The notes: a model not told the origin generated them from the letters alone. A stretch of 64,000 nt of DNA from an uncultured virus (IMG/VR IMGVR_UViG_3300010885_003339) (IMGVR_UViG_3300010885_003339); one strand, 5' to 3'; positions 9,948 to 19,428 are shown, counted from the first letter of the stretch. Numbers and translations are program-made.

Positions 9948-10319
9948 ATGTTTAGTCTTTTTATGGGTCTAGGGCGAATACCAACTATGATCATAGCCGG
10001 CATGGCTCTCATTGCCGCTTTCTATGGTTGGTTAATGGTACATGATCACAACCTTAAAAATGAAATTATAGCCGAGTTCAACCAGCAACAAGAGCAAATC
10101 TTAGCTGAAAAGCAAAGGGAGTTTTTGTCTCAGATGCAGGAAATGCAAAAACAAAACGATACTTTGCTTTCCAAGATGAAAGAGAAAGACAATGAAGTAG
10201 TTGCGAAGATGACTCAGATTGAAGAGCAGATAAATACTAATGATAAGACTAATGAGGCTCCGAAATACTACATGGAGTTGATGAAACAACTGAACAAAAA
10301 CTTTGGCGAGAAAAAATGA
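9948..10319 (+). CDS. i-spanin (Rz-like)
   Basis: N-terminal transmembrane helix followed by coiled coil; overlaps the downstream lipoprotein gene. Confidence 0.7.
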   Translation: MFSLFMGLGRIPTMIIAGMALIAAFYGWLMVHDHNLKNEIIAEFNQQQEQILAEKQREFLSQMQEMQKQNDTLLSKMKEKDNEVVAKMTQIEEQINTNDKTNEAPKYYMELMKQLNKNFGEKK

Positions 10320-10591
10320 AGTATGTGATTGTTATGTCAGCACTGTTATTGTCTGGTTGTGCTTCTGCCCCTATCAAACTACTACAGCCTGAATACAAGG
10401 TAGTTACGCCACCTGATTCACTGTATGACTGCCCGATTGAAAAGAAGTTTCCTAATTCTGAAAAACTAACCAACGAACAAGTTGGTAAACTCATACTTAA
10501 ACTACAAAAGAACAATTTAACCTGTAAGAACTCTCTGGACAACATTCATAGTTTTATGGATCAAGCGAAAGAGACTGTAGAGAAAAAGTAA
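10316..10591 (+). CDS. o-spanin (Rz1-like lipoprotein)
   Basis: Lipobox LLSGC, Pro-rich segment, two further Cys. Confidence 0.75.
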   Translation: MKYVIVMSALLLSGCASAPIKLLQPEYKVVTPPDSLYDCPIEKKFPNSEKLTNEQVGKLILKLQKNNLTCKNSLDNIHSFMDQAKETVEKK

Positions 10592-11076
10592 TGACCGAAG
10601 ATTTTAACACAAGCACAAAGATTGATATTGAACTCCTTAAAAAGGATGTCAATATCATGACCTCCTTGTGTGAAAAATTTGACAAGACCATCGACAAAAT
10701 GCAAGAGATTGCCTCTAGTCTATCTCGCATGGTATCATTACACGAGCAACGTATTGAAAGCCAAGAGAAGGCTTCACAAGAGGTTCAAAGCGTTCTGGAA
10801 ATGCGTAGAATAGAACATAATAACGATACTAAAGAATTACATTCCCGTATCACGACTGTCAACAGAGAACTATCTGATAAGATAGATGAGACCGAAAAGA
10901 AAATTTTACATGAACTTCACGCACTTAGGGAAGAACTCAAAGCTGAGAAAAACTCTTTTGGTCTAAGACTCAATCAAGTCGAAGCGTGGAAATACACCAT
11001 TGTTGGTGCGCTGATGATTGTCACATGGCTTCTGGCCAAAGCTGATACTGGCGCCATATTCAAACTACTTTTTTAA
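10591..11076 (+). CDS. Coiled-coil protein with C-terminal membrane anchor
   Basis: Heptad-rich body and WKYTIVGALMIVTWLLA tail. Confidence 0.6.
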   Translation: MTEDFNTSTKIDIELLKKDVNIMTSLCEKFDKTIDKMQEIASSLSRMVSLHEQRIESQEKASQEVQSVLEMRRIEHNNDTKELHSRITTVNRELSDKIDETEKKILHELHALREELKAEKNSFGLRLNQVEAWKYTIVGALMIVTWLLAKADTGAIFKLLF

Positions 11077-11105
11077 TTGACCTCCTTAAAATTTAAGTGT
11101 ATAAT
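11077..11105 (+). promoter_or_regulatory. sigma70-type promoter for primase
   Basis: TTGACC-N17-TATAAT. Confidence 0.75.
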
Positions 11106-11135
11106 GACCATTCAAATGAAATGGTGTGGAAAAGT

Positions 11136-12152
11136 ATGTCCCTATACATTGACAAGAAGTTTGTTTCGCTCGTATCAACGAAGCTAGAACGATTCTCTCA
11201 GAAGTCTGAGTTCCTTTGGAACTTCAGATGCCCTATCTGCGGTGATTCCCATAAAAGCAAATTTAAGACTCGTGGATACATCTATCGCCGCAAGAGCGAC
11301 CTCTTTTACACATGTCACAACTGTGGCACATCCATCTCTCTCGGAAACTTTATAAAGACGATTGATCATTCACTCTATCGTGAGTATCAACTTGAGCGAT
11401 ACAAGTGTGAGAGTGCTGGTAATACAGCAAGACCAGACTTCTCTCTGGCTATGGAAAAACCCGTTTTCAAACCAAAAACCATCACTGTTGGTGACTATGC
11501 TGAAAGCCTTGAATCTCTTCCACATAAGCACGCCGCTAAAGGCTATCTCACTGAACGATTGATTCCTAAAGAATCTCTGAACACTATATACTATACTGAC
11601 GACTTCGAAGATTTCGTCAAGAGAATCCATCCTGATTATGAAAAAAAGCTTTGGTCAGAACCTCGTATCATACTTCCGTTCTACGATGAGAATAATGTCT
11701 TACTAGGCTTTCAAGGTCGAGCGATTCTGAAATCTGAGATAAAATATATAACCATAAAGCTCTCTGACGACAACAAGAAGGTATTCGGTCTCAACACAGT
11801 AGACAAAACCAAACTCATCTATGTCGTAGAAGGTCCTTTAGATTCCCTATTCTTAGAAAATTCCATCGCTATGATGGATGCAACTCTATATACCGCTGTA
11901 TCGGTTGTCGGACCTTATGATTATGTTTTTGTGTATGACAATGAACCGCGAAACAAAGATGTGTGCAGGCACATGCAGAAAACTATTGACCTACATCAAA
12001 AAGTCTGTATCTGGCCTAAGCATATCAAAGACAAAGATGTTAATGATATGGTGAGAACTTATGGCCGAACGTTCGTTCAAAGTATTATAGATAGTAATAC
12101 GTTCAGTGACCATAGAGCGAAGTTAGAGTATGAGATGTGGAAGAAGATATAA
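11136..12152 (+). CDS. gp61: DNA primase (T4 gp61-like)
   Basis: NFRCPICGDS..CHNCG zinc finger, FQGR, Toprim VVEGPLDS, DNEPRN, KDVND. Confidence 0.92.
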   Translation: MSLYIDKKFVSLVSTKLERFSQKSEFLWNFRCPICGDSHKSKFKTRGYIYRRKSDLFYTCHNCGTSISLGNFIKTIDHSLYREYQLERYKCESAGNTARPDFSLAMEKPVFKPKTITVGDYAESLESLPHKHAAKGYLTERLIPKESLNTIYYTDDFEDFVKRIHPDYEKKLWSEPRIILPFYDENNVLLGFQGRAILKSEIKYITIKLSDDNKKVFGLNTVDKTKLIYVVEGPLDSLFLENSIAMMDATLYTAVSVVGPYDYVFVYDNEPRNKDVCRHMQKTIDLHQKVCIWPKHIKDKDVNDMVRTYGRTFVQSIIDSNTFSDHRAKLEYEMWKKI

Positions 12153-12192
12153 TAGTTAGCCGCCAAAGAAGATTAAAGAAGAGAGAAAGAAC

Positions 12193-14109
12193 ATGAACAA
12201 TTACCTGCCGACCGAATACCAGCAATTCATTCACAAGTCACGCTATGCTAGATGGTTATACGACAAGAATCGTCGTGAAACATGGGACGAAACTGTCGCC
12301 AGATATTTTAACTTCTTCACAGAACACCTACAGGAAAACAACGGATTCACCGTCGATCCTGCCGTTCGTAAAGAATTAGAAGAAGCGGTTCTTACTGCTA
12401 AAGTTATGCCATCGATGCGTTGTCTAATGACTGCTGGTGAGGCTCTCAAGAGAGAGAATGTTGCAGGTTATAATTGTTCATATGTTGCTATTGACAATCC
12501 ACGTTCGTTTGATGAAATTCTATACATTTTGATGAATGGTACTGGTGTGGGTTTCTCTGTAGAAGAGAAGTTCACCTCACAGATGCCTGTTATCTCTGAT
12601 GACTTCTTCGATACAGATACAACCATTGCTGTTGTTGATAGCAAGCTCGGTTGGGCTAAGGCTCTCAAAGAGTTGCTTCAATTACTATATGGCGGTCAGA
12701 TTCCTCGCTGGGATCTCTCGAAGGTTCGCCCTGCTGGTGCACCTTTGAAGACCTTTGGCGGTCGTGCATCCGGGCCTGCTCCTTTGAACGATTTGTTTAA
12801 TTTTTGCGTTTCCACTTTCAAGAAGGCTGCTGGTCGTCGTTTGACCACACTTGAATGCCATGACATTGTATGTAAGATTGCTGAAATCGTTGTCGTTGGT
12901 GGTGTTCGTCGTTCTGCATTGATCTCTCTATCTGATCTGTCTGATGACCGTATGCGTGTAGCTAAGTCTGGTGAATGGTGGAAAGATAACGTTCAACGTG
13001 CCTTGGCTAACAACTCATTCGTAGCCAAGGATAAGGTTGATGTTGGTATCTTCATGAAAGAGTGGTTGTCACTCTATGAATCTCATTCTGGTGAGCGTGG
13101 TATCTTCTCTCGTACCGCATCACAGAAGCAGGCCGCTAAGTTCGGTCGTCGTGATCCAAACTACGACTTTGGTACCAATCCATGCTCTGAAATTATTCTG
13201 CGTTCTCGTGAGTTCTGCAACTTGACTGAAGTTGTTGTTCGTGGTGATGATAACATCGCAACACTCAAGGAGAAAATCCGTGTGGCCACTATTATGGGAG
13301 TTTTTCAAAGCACTCTCACTAACTTCAAGTATCTATCTAAGAAGTGGAAAGAAAACTGTGAGGAAGAGCGACTACTCGGAGTCTCGCTCACGGGCATTAC
13401 AGACAATGAGTATACTAATGGAAAGACGGGCAAACTGGAAGAGACGCTAGTCGAATTGCGACAGGTTGCTGTTGACACTGCTAAAGAATGGGCCGCTAAG
13501 ATTGGTATTCCAGTCTCCGCCGCTGTCACTTGCGTCAAACCATCTGGTACCGTATCTCAGTTGGTTGATGCCGCTTCTGGTATTCATGCTCGTCATAGCC
13601 CATACTATGTCCGCACTGTTCGTGCTGATAAGAAAGATCCTCTCGCTAAGATGATGCTTGATGCAGGTTTCCCTGTTGAAGATGATGTTACAAAGCCTGA
13701 CCATACCTATGTGTTCTCTTTCCCTATCAAGTCACCAGAAAATGCTATATACCGTAGTGATATGAATGCTATTCAGCAACTTGAATTGTGGCTTGCATAT
13801 CAGAGACATTGGTGTGAACACAAACCTTCGATTACCGTTTCTGTCTGTGAAGAAGAGTGGCCTGAAGTTGGTGCGTGGGTTTGGAAACACTTTGATGAAA
13901 TGTCAGGTGTATCATTCTTGCCTTTCTCTGACCATGTGTATGCACAGGCTCCTTATCAAGATTGCACTAAAGAAGAGTATGAAACACTCTTGGCTTCAAT
14001 GCCAAAGAATGTAGATTGGTCGAAGCTTTCAGAGTATGAAAACCGAGACACAACCGTCGGATCGCAAGAGTTGGCCTGCTCAGCCGCTGGTGGTTGCGAG
14101 ATACTTTAA
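12193..14109 (+). CDS. nrdJ: Class II (adenosylcobalamin-dependent, monomeric-type) ribonucleotide reductase
   Basis: YNCS, GGVRRSA, TNPCSEI, CNLTE, VKPSGT motifs, C-terminal Cys pair; no nrdB adjacent. Confidence 0.88.
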   Translation: MNNYLPTEYQQFIHKSRYARWLYDKNRRETWDETVARYFNFFTEHLQENNGFTVDPAVRKELEEAVLTAKVMPSMRCLMTAGEALKRENVAGYNCSYVAIDNPRSFDEILYILMNGTGVGFSVEEKFTSQMPVISDDFFDTDTTIAVVDSKLGWAKALKELLQLLYGGQIPRWDLSKVRPAGAPLKTFGGRASGPAPLNDLFNFCVSTFKKAAGRRLTTLECHDIVCKIAEIVVVGGVRRSALISLSDLSDDRMRVAKSGEWWKDNVQRALANNSFVAKDKVDVGIFMKEWLSLYESHSGERGIFSRTASQKQAAKFGRRDPNYDFGTNPCSEIILRSREFCNLTEVVVRGDDNIATLKEKIRVATIMGVFQSTLTNFKYLSKKWKENCEEERLLGVSLTGITDNEYTNGKTGKLEETLVELRQVAVDTAKEWAAKIGIPVSAAVTCVKPSGTVSQLVDAASGIHARHSPYYVRTVRADKKDPLAKMMLDAGFPVEDDVTKPDHTYVFSFPIKSPENAIYRSDMNAIQQLELWLAYQRHWCEHKPSITVSVCEEEWPEVGAWVWKHFDEMSGVSFLPFSDHVYAQAPYQDCTKEEYETLLASMPKNVDWSKLSEYENRDTTVGSQELACSAAGGCEIL

Positions 14110-14118
14110 GGAAATACA

Positions 14119-14280
14119 ATGTCTAAAGAAATAGAAAAAAAAGAATGTGATTGTTGCGAGTCTCACTACAGACTCGTTTACAATCTCAGTGATACCTCTG
14201 GATATCCTAAGTTCTGCCCATTTTGTGGCTCTGAAGCCTATGATGACGACAAGATGGTTAGTGACGAGGACGAAGAATAA
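14119..14280 (+). CDS. 53-aa zinc-ribbon protein (not in the ORF track)
   Basis: MSKEIEKKECDCCESHY...FCPFCGS + acidic tail; RBS AAGGA. Confidence 0.7.
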   Translation: MSKEIEKKECDCCESHYRLVYNLSDTSGYPKFCPFCGSEAYDDDKMVSDEDEE

Positions 14281-14286
14281 TAAATA
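14279..14286 (+). promoter_or_regulatory. T4-type late promoter (AATAAATA)
   Basis: Ends 5 nt before the ATG at 14292. Confidence 0.65.
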
Positions 14287-14291
14287 GGTAC

Positions 14292-15230
14292 ATGAAAACA
14301 TTCAAGCAACACACTAAAGAAAAGAAGATGAAAGATGGAGAGGGGTCGGGAGTAATTCCGGCCGCGATCCACTTCAAACACTTTGCAGATATCGATATCA
14401 GCACCGGTGTTATACCGGCGGCTATTCACTTCAAGCATGTTCATAAAAAGAAAAGAGAAAAGCTTGATGAAGTAGTAAGTAAAAATGTGTTTGCGGGCAT
14501 GGTGGCGGCCTCCGCAGAGAAGGTTAAGAATAAGAAACCTAAAGTTGAGAAGAATCCATTTAATAGATGGGTAAACGACACCAGTGATAACGATCATCTC
14601 TCTATTTTAGGCCATGGTAAAAAAGATTTTAATGACCCTCGTCGAGATGATAACCCTCGTCATACAGAGATTGCAAATAAACTTCATAGTACCAACAAAT
14701 TCACAGCTAATCATGAAGATGCCATTAAAGGTTATACCAATGATAGTGAAGGCGGTGAACCTGGAAGTCAAACAATCAACAAGCCTCTCATTAAAGGTAA
14801 GTTTAAAAATGAGACTCATCGAAAAAATGTTGAGTCTCATGCTAAACAGATAGACAAGGCTATTGACAAGAACAAGATCCAACATGATGTTCATGTCTAT
14901 TCTGGAACAAGCTTCAATCCTATGAAGCACATGGATAAAGAAGGTCGTCTACGTTCACCAGCTTATATCTCAGCCACTCACAGCAGGGCTGTAGCTGCTG
15001 GATATGCACAAGATGGTGGTAAAGATTATAATATGAGACACATCATCCATATTCATCTAAAGAAGGGTGATCCTGCAACACATGTCTCCAGAATATCTGA
15101 TTTTAAGGGTGAACATGAAACACTCATAAAGCGCGGTACCACACTACAGCATCACGGCCATGAAGATCATGGTGATAGTGATGGTGAAACTTGGTATCGC
15201 ATCCATCACATGAGCATTGCTAAAGACTGA
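14292..15230 (+). CDS. ADP-ribosyltransferase (Alt/VIP2-like) with capsid-targeting N-terminus
   Basis: AIKGYT..INKPL, VYSG, PAYISAT, GEHETLIKRGT (ExE); N-terminus MKTFKQHTKE. Confidence 0.75.
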   Translation: MKTFKQHTKEKKMKDGEGSGVIPAAIHFKHFADIDISTGVIPAAIHFKHVHKKKREKLDEVVSKNVFAGMVAASAEKVKNKKPKVEKNPFNRWVNDTSDNDHLSILGHGKKDFNDPRRDDNPRHTEIANKLHSTNKFTANHEDAIKGYTNDSEGGEPGSQTINKPLIKGKFKNETHRKNVESHAKQIDKAIDKNKIQHDVHVYSGTSFNPMKHMDKEGRLRSPAYISATHSRAVAAGYAQDGGKDYNMRHIIHIHLKKGDPATHVSRISDFKGEHETLIKRGTTLQHHGHEDHGDSDGETWYRIHHMSIAKD

Positions 15231-15256
15231 CCTATATACTCCACAAGGAGTGTATC

Positions 15257-15655
15257 ATGTGGTTATACGAAGGTAAAGAGATTACAGAAGAAGAGATTGG
15301 TGATCATATCGGTTTCGTCTATATGATCACCAATACCGCCAACAACAAAAAGTATATTGGTAAGAAACTTTTTAAATCAACCCGCACCAAAATCATCAAA
15401 GGCAAGCGTAAGAAGGTCAAGTTGGATTCAGACTGGCAGACTTATTACGGATCAAACGCCGAACTCAAAGAAGATGTGAAGACCCTAGGTGGTCACCTAT
15501 TCAATCGTGAAATCCTCAAACTATGCAAATCCAAAGGCACGGCTAACTACTGGGAAATGAAGTACCAGATTCAGCATGAAGTCCTTGAGAGACCTGATGA
15601 CTACTATAACCAGTGGATCATCGTTAAGGTCCACCGGTCTCACATCAAAAACTAA
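15257..15655 (+). CDS. GIY-YIG-family nuclease
   Basis: GFVYMITN..KKYIGKK..YYGS..E..YYN. Confidence 0.75.
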   Translation: MWLYEGKEITEEEIGDHIGFVYMITNTANNKKYIGKKLFKSTRTKIIKGKRKKVKLDSDWQTYYGSNAELKEDVKTLGGHLFNREILKLCKSKGTANYWEMKYQIQHEVLERPDDYYNQWIIVKVHRSHIKN

Positions 15656-15675
15656 TCTCATAAACACTCAATCTG

Positions 15676-15763
15676 TCATGCATCTGGCGCAGGTCTGCTA
15701 TGCATGATTTCGCTTGCCTTTATTCCACCTGATGCTATAATATGTGTATAGTTAATGAGGAGA
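15676..15763 (+). promoter_or_regulatory. Early sigma70-type promoter with upstream ATGC-N7-GCAG-N7-ATGC box
   Basis: TTGCCT(15714)-N16-TATAAT(15736); TCATGCAT/ATGCATGA inverted repeat; leader TATAGTTAATGAGGAG. Confidence 0.75.
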
Positions 15764-15770
15764 GTGAGTT

Positions 15771-16058
15771 ATGAAGTTAGACAATTATGATTTTGAGCGG
15801 ACCGCCAAGGCTTTGATAGTCATGAACCCTAGTGACCGGTATGAGACCTGGGAAGATTTGGTGAGTTTCATGACCACCATGGCCTATCAGTATTCTTCCA
15901 AGAACAACTCCTTCTCGACCGGTGGGTTCGTTCTGACCGCCTATGATGGTGCTGATGGTGAGCGGAGTGTTCGGGCTAGTGTATCTGCCCATGTTGCTTT
16001 CGAATACGTCAAGAAGGTGTCTGACAGCTATGCATCCTTGCTTGGTCAGACCCGCTAA
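15771..16058 (+). CDS. Hypothetical early protein
   Basis: ORF with GAGGAG RBS behind a promoter. Confidence 0.6.
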   Translation: MKLDNYDFERTAKALIVMNPSDRYETWEDLVSFMTTMAYQYSSKNNSFSTGGFVLTAYDGADGERSVRASVSAHVAFEYVKKVSDSYASLLGQTR

Positions 16059-16116
16059 AATGTTCTTGCCTTTTCCGCCAGACCAGATATAATATATGTA
16101 TAGTTGATGAGGAGAT
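16030..16116 (+). promoter_or_regulatory. Early sigma70-type promoter
   Basis: TTGCCT(16066)-N16-TATAAT(16088); leader TATAGTTGATGAGGAG nearly identical to the 15.7-kb promoter. Confidence 0.75.
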
Positions 16117-16117
16117 A

Positions 16118-16498
16118 GTGATGCGAGAAGCTCTTTCAAAATACCTTGAGGCGGTCAAAACCGACTACGCTCTTTCGAAATACCTTGAGGCGATCAAAAC
16201 CGACTACGCCGAGTTCTACAAATCCAGTCTCGCTTCTGGGCGGGTCTCAAAAGAATATGTTGACCAGCGGATCGCCGAGTTCAATTCTGGCCTGAAAGTT
16301 GAATACGGAAGCAAGTTCATTCGGGTCATCACTCAGGACCGTTCGGCACACTCCTTCATCGCACTGCGTGACGAAGGTAAGTTCAAAGCCGGTGACATTC
16401 TGAAGTCCGCATCGTGGCGGAGCCCCGCGAAAAACTTCGCTCGTGGTAACATTTTCGCCGGTACCCTTGATCGTGTTCAGTGGACAGGAGTTTGCTAA
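16118..16498 (+). CDS. Conserved hypothetical phage protein
   Basis: GDILKSASWRSPAKNFARGNI motif common in phage early genes. Confidence 0.6.
   Translation: MMREALSKYLEAVKTDYALSKYLEAIKTDYAEFYKSSLASGRVSKEYVDQRIAEFNSGLKVEYGSKFIRVITQDRSAHSFIALRDEGKFKAGDILKSASWRSPAKNFARGNIFAGTLDRVQWTGVC
16130..16209 (+). repeat. 39-bp in-frame tandem duplication
   Basis: Units at 16130 and 16169 with two mismatches; ALSKYLEA(V/I)KTDY x2. Confidence 0.9.
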
Positions 16499-16668
16499 TG
16501 TTTGAAGTTTGGTTCATCAATTTCGGATACCTCGCCAATGAGGTGTTCGAGACCCTCGAAGATGCCATCGAATATGGCAAGCAGAAGGGTTTTGAGTTCT
16601 CCGTTTTCTGTGACAACGATCTTGTTGGTTCTGCGACTGGTGTCAGTCTTGGTTGGAAAGAGGTCTGA
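16498..16668 (+). CDS. Hypothetical protein
   Basis: ATG overlaps the upstream stop; RBS AGGAG. Confidence 0.5.
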   Translation: MFEVWFINFGYLANEVFETLEDAIEYGKQKGFEFSVFCDNDLVGSATGVSLGWKEV

Positions 16669-16669
16669 G

Positions 16670-16816
16670 ATGTATTATTTCGGTGTGAAGTTTAAAGATG
16701 GTCGTCGGATTTACCAAGAAAATCTGTCGAAGCGTCAAGCCGTCATTCGATACAACAGGTATCTGAAAGAGATGGCCGTTCTAGAAGTTCAGTTGGTTGA
16801 GTGGGGGTTGCTATGA
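16670..16816 (+). CDS. Hypothetical protein
   Basis: ATG after GAGG, tight packing. Confidence 0.45.
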   Translation: MYYFGVKFKDGRRIYQENLSKRQAVIRYNRYLKEMAVLEVQLVEWGLL

Positions 16817-17028
16817 AGTTTGCATTTGAAGAATTGGTCTTTAAGCCGTATGAAAGTTATGAAGAGATTCCGCTCGAAATCAAAGAGTATGTCTTGACTG
16901 TAGCTGGCTTCAAAGAACAGCCGATTGAGATTTTGCCCTTGTGGGAGATCAACGACTACTTTGTTGGAATGTATGAACATGAAAAGCGGAAGATCGCTGA
17001 AGAATGGGAAGATGGGTGGGTATTATGA
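16813..17028 (+). CDS. Hypothetical protein
   Basis: ATGA overlap with the upstream gene. Confidence 0.5.
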   Translation: MKFAFEELVFKPYESYEEIPLEIKEYVLTVAGFKEQPIEILPLWEINDYFVGMYEHEKRKIAEEWEDGWVL

Positions 17029-17231
17029 GTAAACTGTCAAATAAATATGTTTCTAATCCTAATAAGTCCTATATTGCGAAGCCACGGCTGAACAACTATC
17101 TAGATTCGAAAACGTTTGATACTATCAAAGAAGCTAAAAAGTATCTAGACGAAAAGACTGGTTACACTTCTAGCGCGGCCGATTGGTTCCTGATCGAAAA
17201 GATCATTGAGGTTGATCGTTGTCAGTCGTAA
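17025..17231 (+). CDS. Hypothetical protein
   Basis: ATGA overlap with the upstream gene. Confidence 0.5.
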   Translation: MSKLSNKYVSNPNKSYIAKPRLNNYLDSKTFDTIKEAKKYLDEKTGYTSSAADWFLIEKIIEVDRCQS

Positions 17232-17407
17232 TCATTAGGGTTTTACTGGGCTTCTGTGTGGCTCTGACCGCGGTTGTAATCGCGGTCTTTTCTTGCACAA
17301 TTATCTATCTCTTGGGTATTGACAACGTAATGGTCGGTGTGCTATTATTACTAATACTCGGAGTTTGCTATATGATCGGTGATGAACAACTAAGTAGAGG
17401 GAAATGA
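17219..17407 (+). CDS. Small two-helix membrane protein
   Basis: Two hydrophobic stretches; RBS GAGG. Confidence 0.5.
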   Translation: MSVVIIRVLLGFCVALTAVVIAVFSCTIIYLLGIDNVMVGVLLLLILGVCYMIGDEQLSRGK

Positions 17408-17946
17408 AAATGCCTAATTGGTGTCAGAATAACGTTACGATATCTCATGAAGATCCTGAGATGATGTTGAAGTTTGCAGCCGCTATCAAAGAAAACAAGC
17501 TGTTTGAGACTTTCGTTCCATATCCTAACGGTGAATGGGAATATGGTTGGTGCATAGAGAATTGGGGAACCAAGTGGGATGTAACCGATGGCGACTTCAA
17601 TCTCGAAGAAGATAACAAGTCTGGTATGGGTTTCTTTGATACTGCATGGTCAGCTCCAATTGGTTTCTATGAGAAACTGACCGAGCAGGGCTTTGATGTT
17701 GATGCTACCTATATCGAAACTGGAATGTGCTTTGCCGGTTCATGGTCAAGTGAAGGTGGTGAAGATCATTATGACTATGACTTCGAAGATGAGAACTGGC
17801 GTGAGAACATCTTTAATCCTGATGTTCTAGAGATGCTCGAAGGTGAATACGAAGCTTGGCTCGAATGGCGACAGGAAGATGAGGAATATGATGACGACAC
17901 AGACGAAGGAGTTCCTGTCGAAGGAACCACAGAAGGCACTAAGTGA
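17404..17946 (+). CDS. DUF1281/YubB ferredoxin-like domain protein
   Basis: MPNWC.N, WCIENWGTKWD, FDTAWSAP motifs. Confidence 0.75.
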   Translation: MKMPNWCQNNVTISHEDPEMMLKFAAAIKENKLFETFVPYPNGEWEYGWCIENWGTKWDVTDGDFNLEEDNKSGMGFFDTAWSAPIGFYEKLTEQGFDVDATYIETGMCFAGSWSSEGGEDHYDYDFEDENWRENIFNPDVLEMLEGEYEAWLEWRQEDEEYDDDTDEGVPVEGTTEGTK

Positions 17947-18124
17947 TCTGAAAGATAGGTTGTATGAGCGGCTGGAGTTCTGCCGCTCAATCACCGAATT
18001 AGAATATCCAGAGTGGTTGAATATCCATGACTATGCGTCTGGTCATTGGTTGGCTTTCCATAAGGCCGCATCGAGCGATGTTAAGTGGCTTGAAGAAACT
18101 ATCGATATGATAGAGAGGAGTTAA
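17888..18124 (+). CDS. Hypothetical protein
   Basis: ATG after GAGGA; overlaps the upstream acidic tail. Confidence 0.45.
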   Translation: MMTTQTKEFLSKEPQKALSDLKDRLYERLEFCRSITELEYPEWLNIHDYASGHWLAFHKAASSDVKWLEETIDMIERS

Positions 18125-18343
18125 ATGATGGATGAAATCACCAAACTCAAACGAGAGAACAGGCGTTTGCAGATTTATCGTAAGTTAGCCCATGAGTTAT
18201 GCGGTTACCGGCTGCGCGATGTTGAATATTACGTCATGGTGGTAAAGCAGGTTGTCGATTGGTATGAAGAATTATCTGATGAAGATATGGAAATCAAACT
18301 GAGAGATGATGTTCGTCTCACCAAAAAATCGACATGGTACTAA
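18125..18343 (+). CDS. Hypothetical protein
   Basis: RBS GAGGAG. Confidence 0.55.
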   Translation: MMDEITKLKRENRRLQIYRKLAHELCGYRLRDVEYYVMVVKQVVDWYEELSDEDMEIKLRDDVRLTKKSTWY

Positions 18344-18348
18344 AATAG

Positions 18349-18376
18349 TTGCCAAATCCTGTAAATGTGATAGAAT
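18349..18376 (+). promoter_or_regulatory. sigma70-type promoter, probably giving a leaderless mRNA
   Basis: TTGCCA-N16-TAGAAT, 6 nt before ATG 18383. Confidence 0.55.
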
Positions 18377-18382
18377 AGTTAG

Positions 18383-18763
18383 ATGTTGATTTACACACGG
18401 CAAAGTTCAGGTCGCAAAAAGCGGTCGAAGTCTAAACGCTTCCTACAGGCTCAGGTCGAGCACCAGAAGTTCCTTGAGTCTGTAGGCTTTTTTGGTAAAC
18501 GCAAGAACGTAGATCGGTCATATAACATGCCTGATCTATCCGTAGAGAGTCGAGGTGCATCCACCTCTGACAATCTTCATTTTGATGGTGGCTATAAGCG
18601 GTCGGTCGATGACTACAAGTGGAAACGTGATCGATCTGAGACTGTCGCTACAGCTAAAGAGATTGAACGTAAGAAAACAAAGACTGCACCTTTGTGGAAT
18701 AAAGGTGGAATAATGTATATCACTGACAATGAAGATCCAACAACACTGGGGCGTAAGATATGA
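18383..18763 (+). CDS. Conserved basic hypothetical protein
   Basis: ORF with APLWNKGGIMYI C-terminal motif. Confidence 0.55.
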   Translation: MLIYTRQSSGRKKRSKSKRFLQAQVEHQKFLESVGFFGKRKNVDRSYNMPDLSVESRGASTSDNLHFDGGYKRSVDDYKWKRDRSETVATAKEIERKKTKTAPLWNKGGIMYITDNEDPTTLGRKI

Positions 18764-19428
18764 AGCTTGGTATTTTCTCTGATCTGCATCTGCATACGAC
18801 GAATCCATATGAGTTTGAACCTGAAGATGGTGTGTTCTATATCAATGCAGGTGATGTGTCAGATAATATACATATTCGACAAGCGTTCACGGAGAAGCAT
18901 CAAAAATATATGTTCTCTGTGATGGGTAACCATGATTATTATCATGATACATTTCCAGAACATCCAGTTGATTATATGAGTATGCGTCAAGTCGGTGATA
19001 TCAAGATTGCAGGTGCGACTCTTTGGACTGATGTATCTAATCCTAGTGATTGGCTTGTCTATAAGAATGGTTTGATCGACACTACATATATCGATGGTAT
19101 CACACCAGAGAATATGCAGGAGGCTCATGTAATGCATCGAGACTTCTTGTTTAACAGTGGTGCTGATATCATTGTGAGTCACCACTGCCCCTCGGTGTTG
19201 TCTGTGGCCGGTCATTATAAAGATGATCCTTTGAATCCCGCATTTCACACCGACTACACAGATATGATACTAAATATGTCTAGTCCACCTAAGCTGTGGA
19301 TTCACGGTCACACTCATGATGAATTTGACTATATGATCGGTAGCACTCGTGTTATCTGCCACCCTCGTGGTTATCGTCATGAAAAACCGTGGTACATGGA
19401 ATACAAACCTAAGATTGTGGAAATTTAA
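18760..19428 (+). CDS. Calcineurin-like metallophosphoesterase
   Basis: SDLH, AGD, GNHD, SHH.P, HGHTH motifs. Confidence 0.88.
   Translation: MKLGIFSDLHLHTTNPYEFEPEDGVFYINAGDVSDNIHIRQAFTEKHQKYMFSVMGNHDYYHDTFPEHPVDYMSMRQVGDIKIAGATLWTDVSNPSDWLVYKNGLIDTTYIDGITPENMQEAHVMHRDFLFNSGADIIVSHHCPSVLSVAGHYKDDPLNPAFHTDYTDMILNMSSPPKLWIHGHTHDEFDYMIGSTRVICHPRGYRHEKPWYMEYKPKIVEI

Noticed and set aside
12193..14109. Intein or intron in the ribonucleotide reductase
   Set aside because: ORF is continuous with normal motif spacing and no Hint motifs.
15257..15655. Mobile homing endonuclease or intron
   Set aside because: Only a bare GIY-YIG domain with no DNA-binding extension and no interrupted gene nearby.
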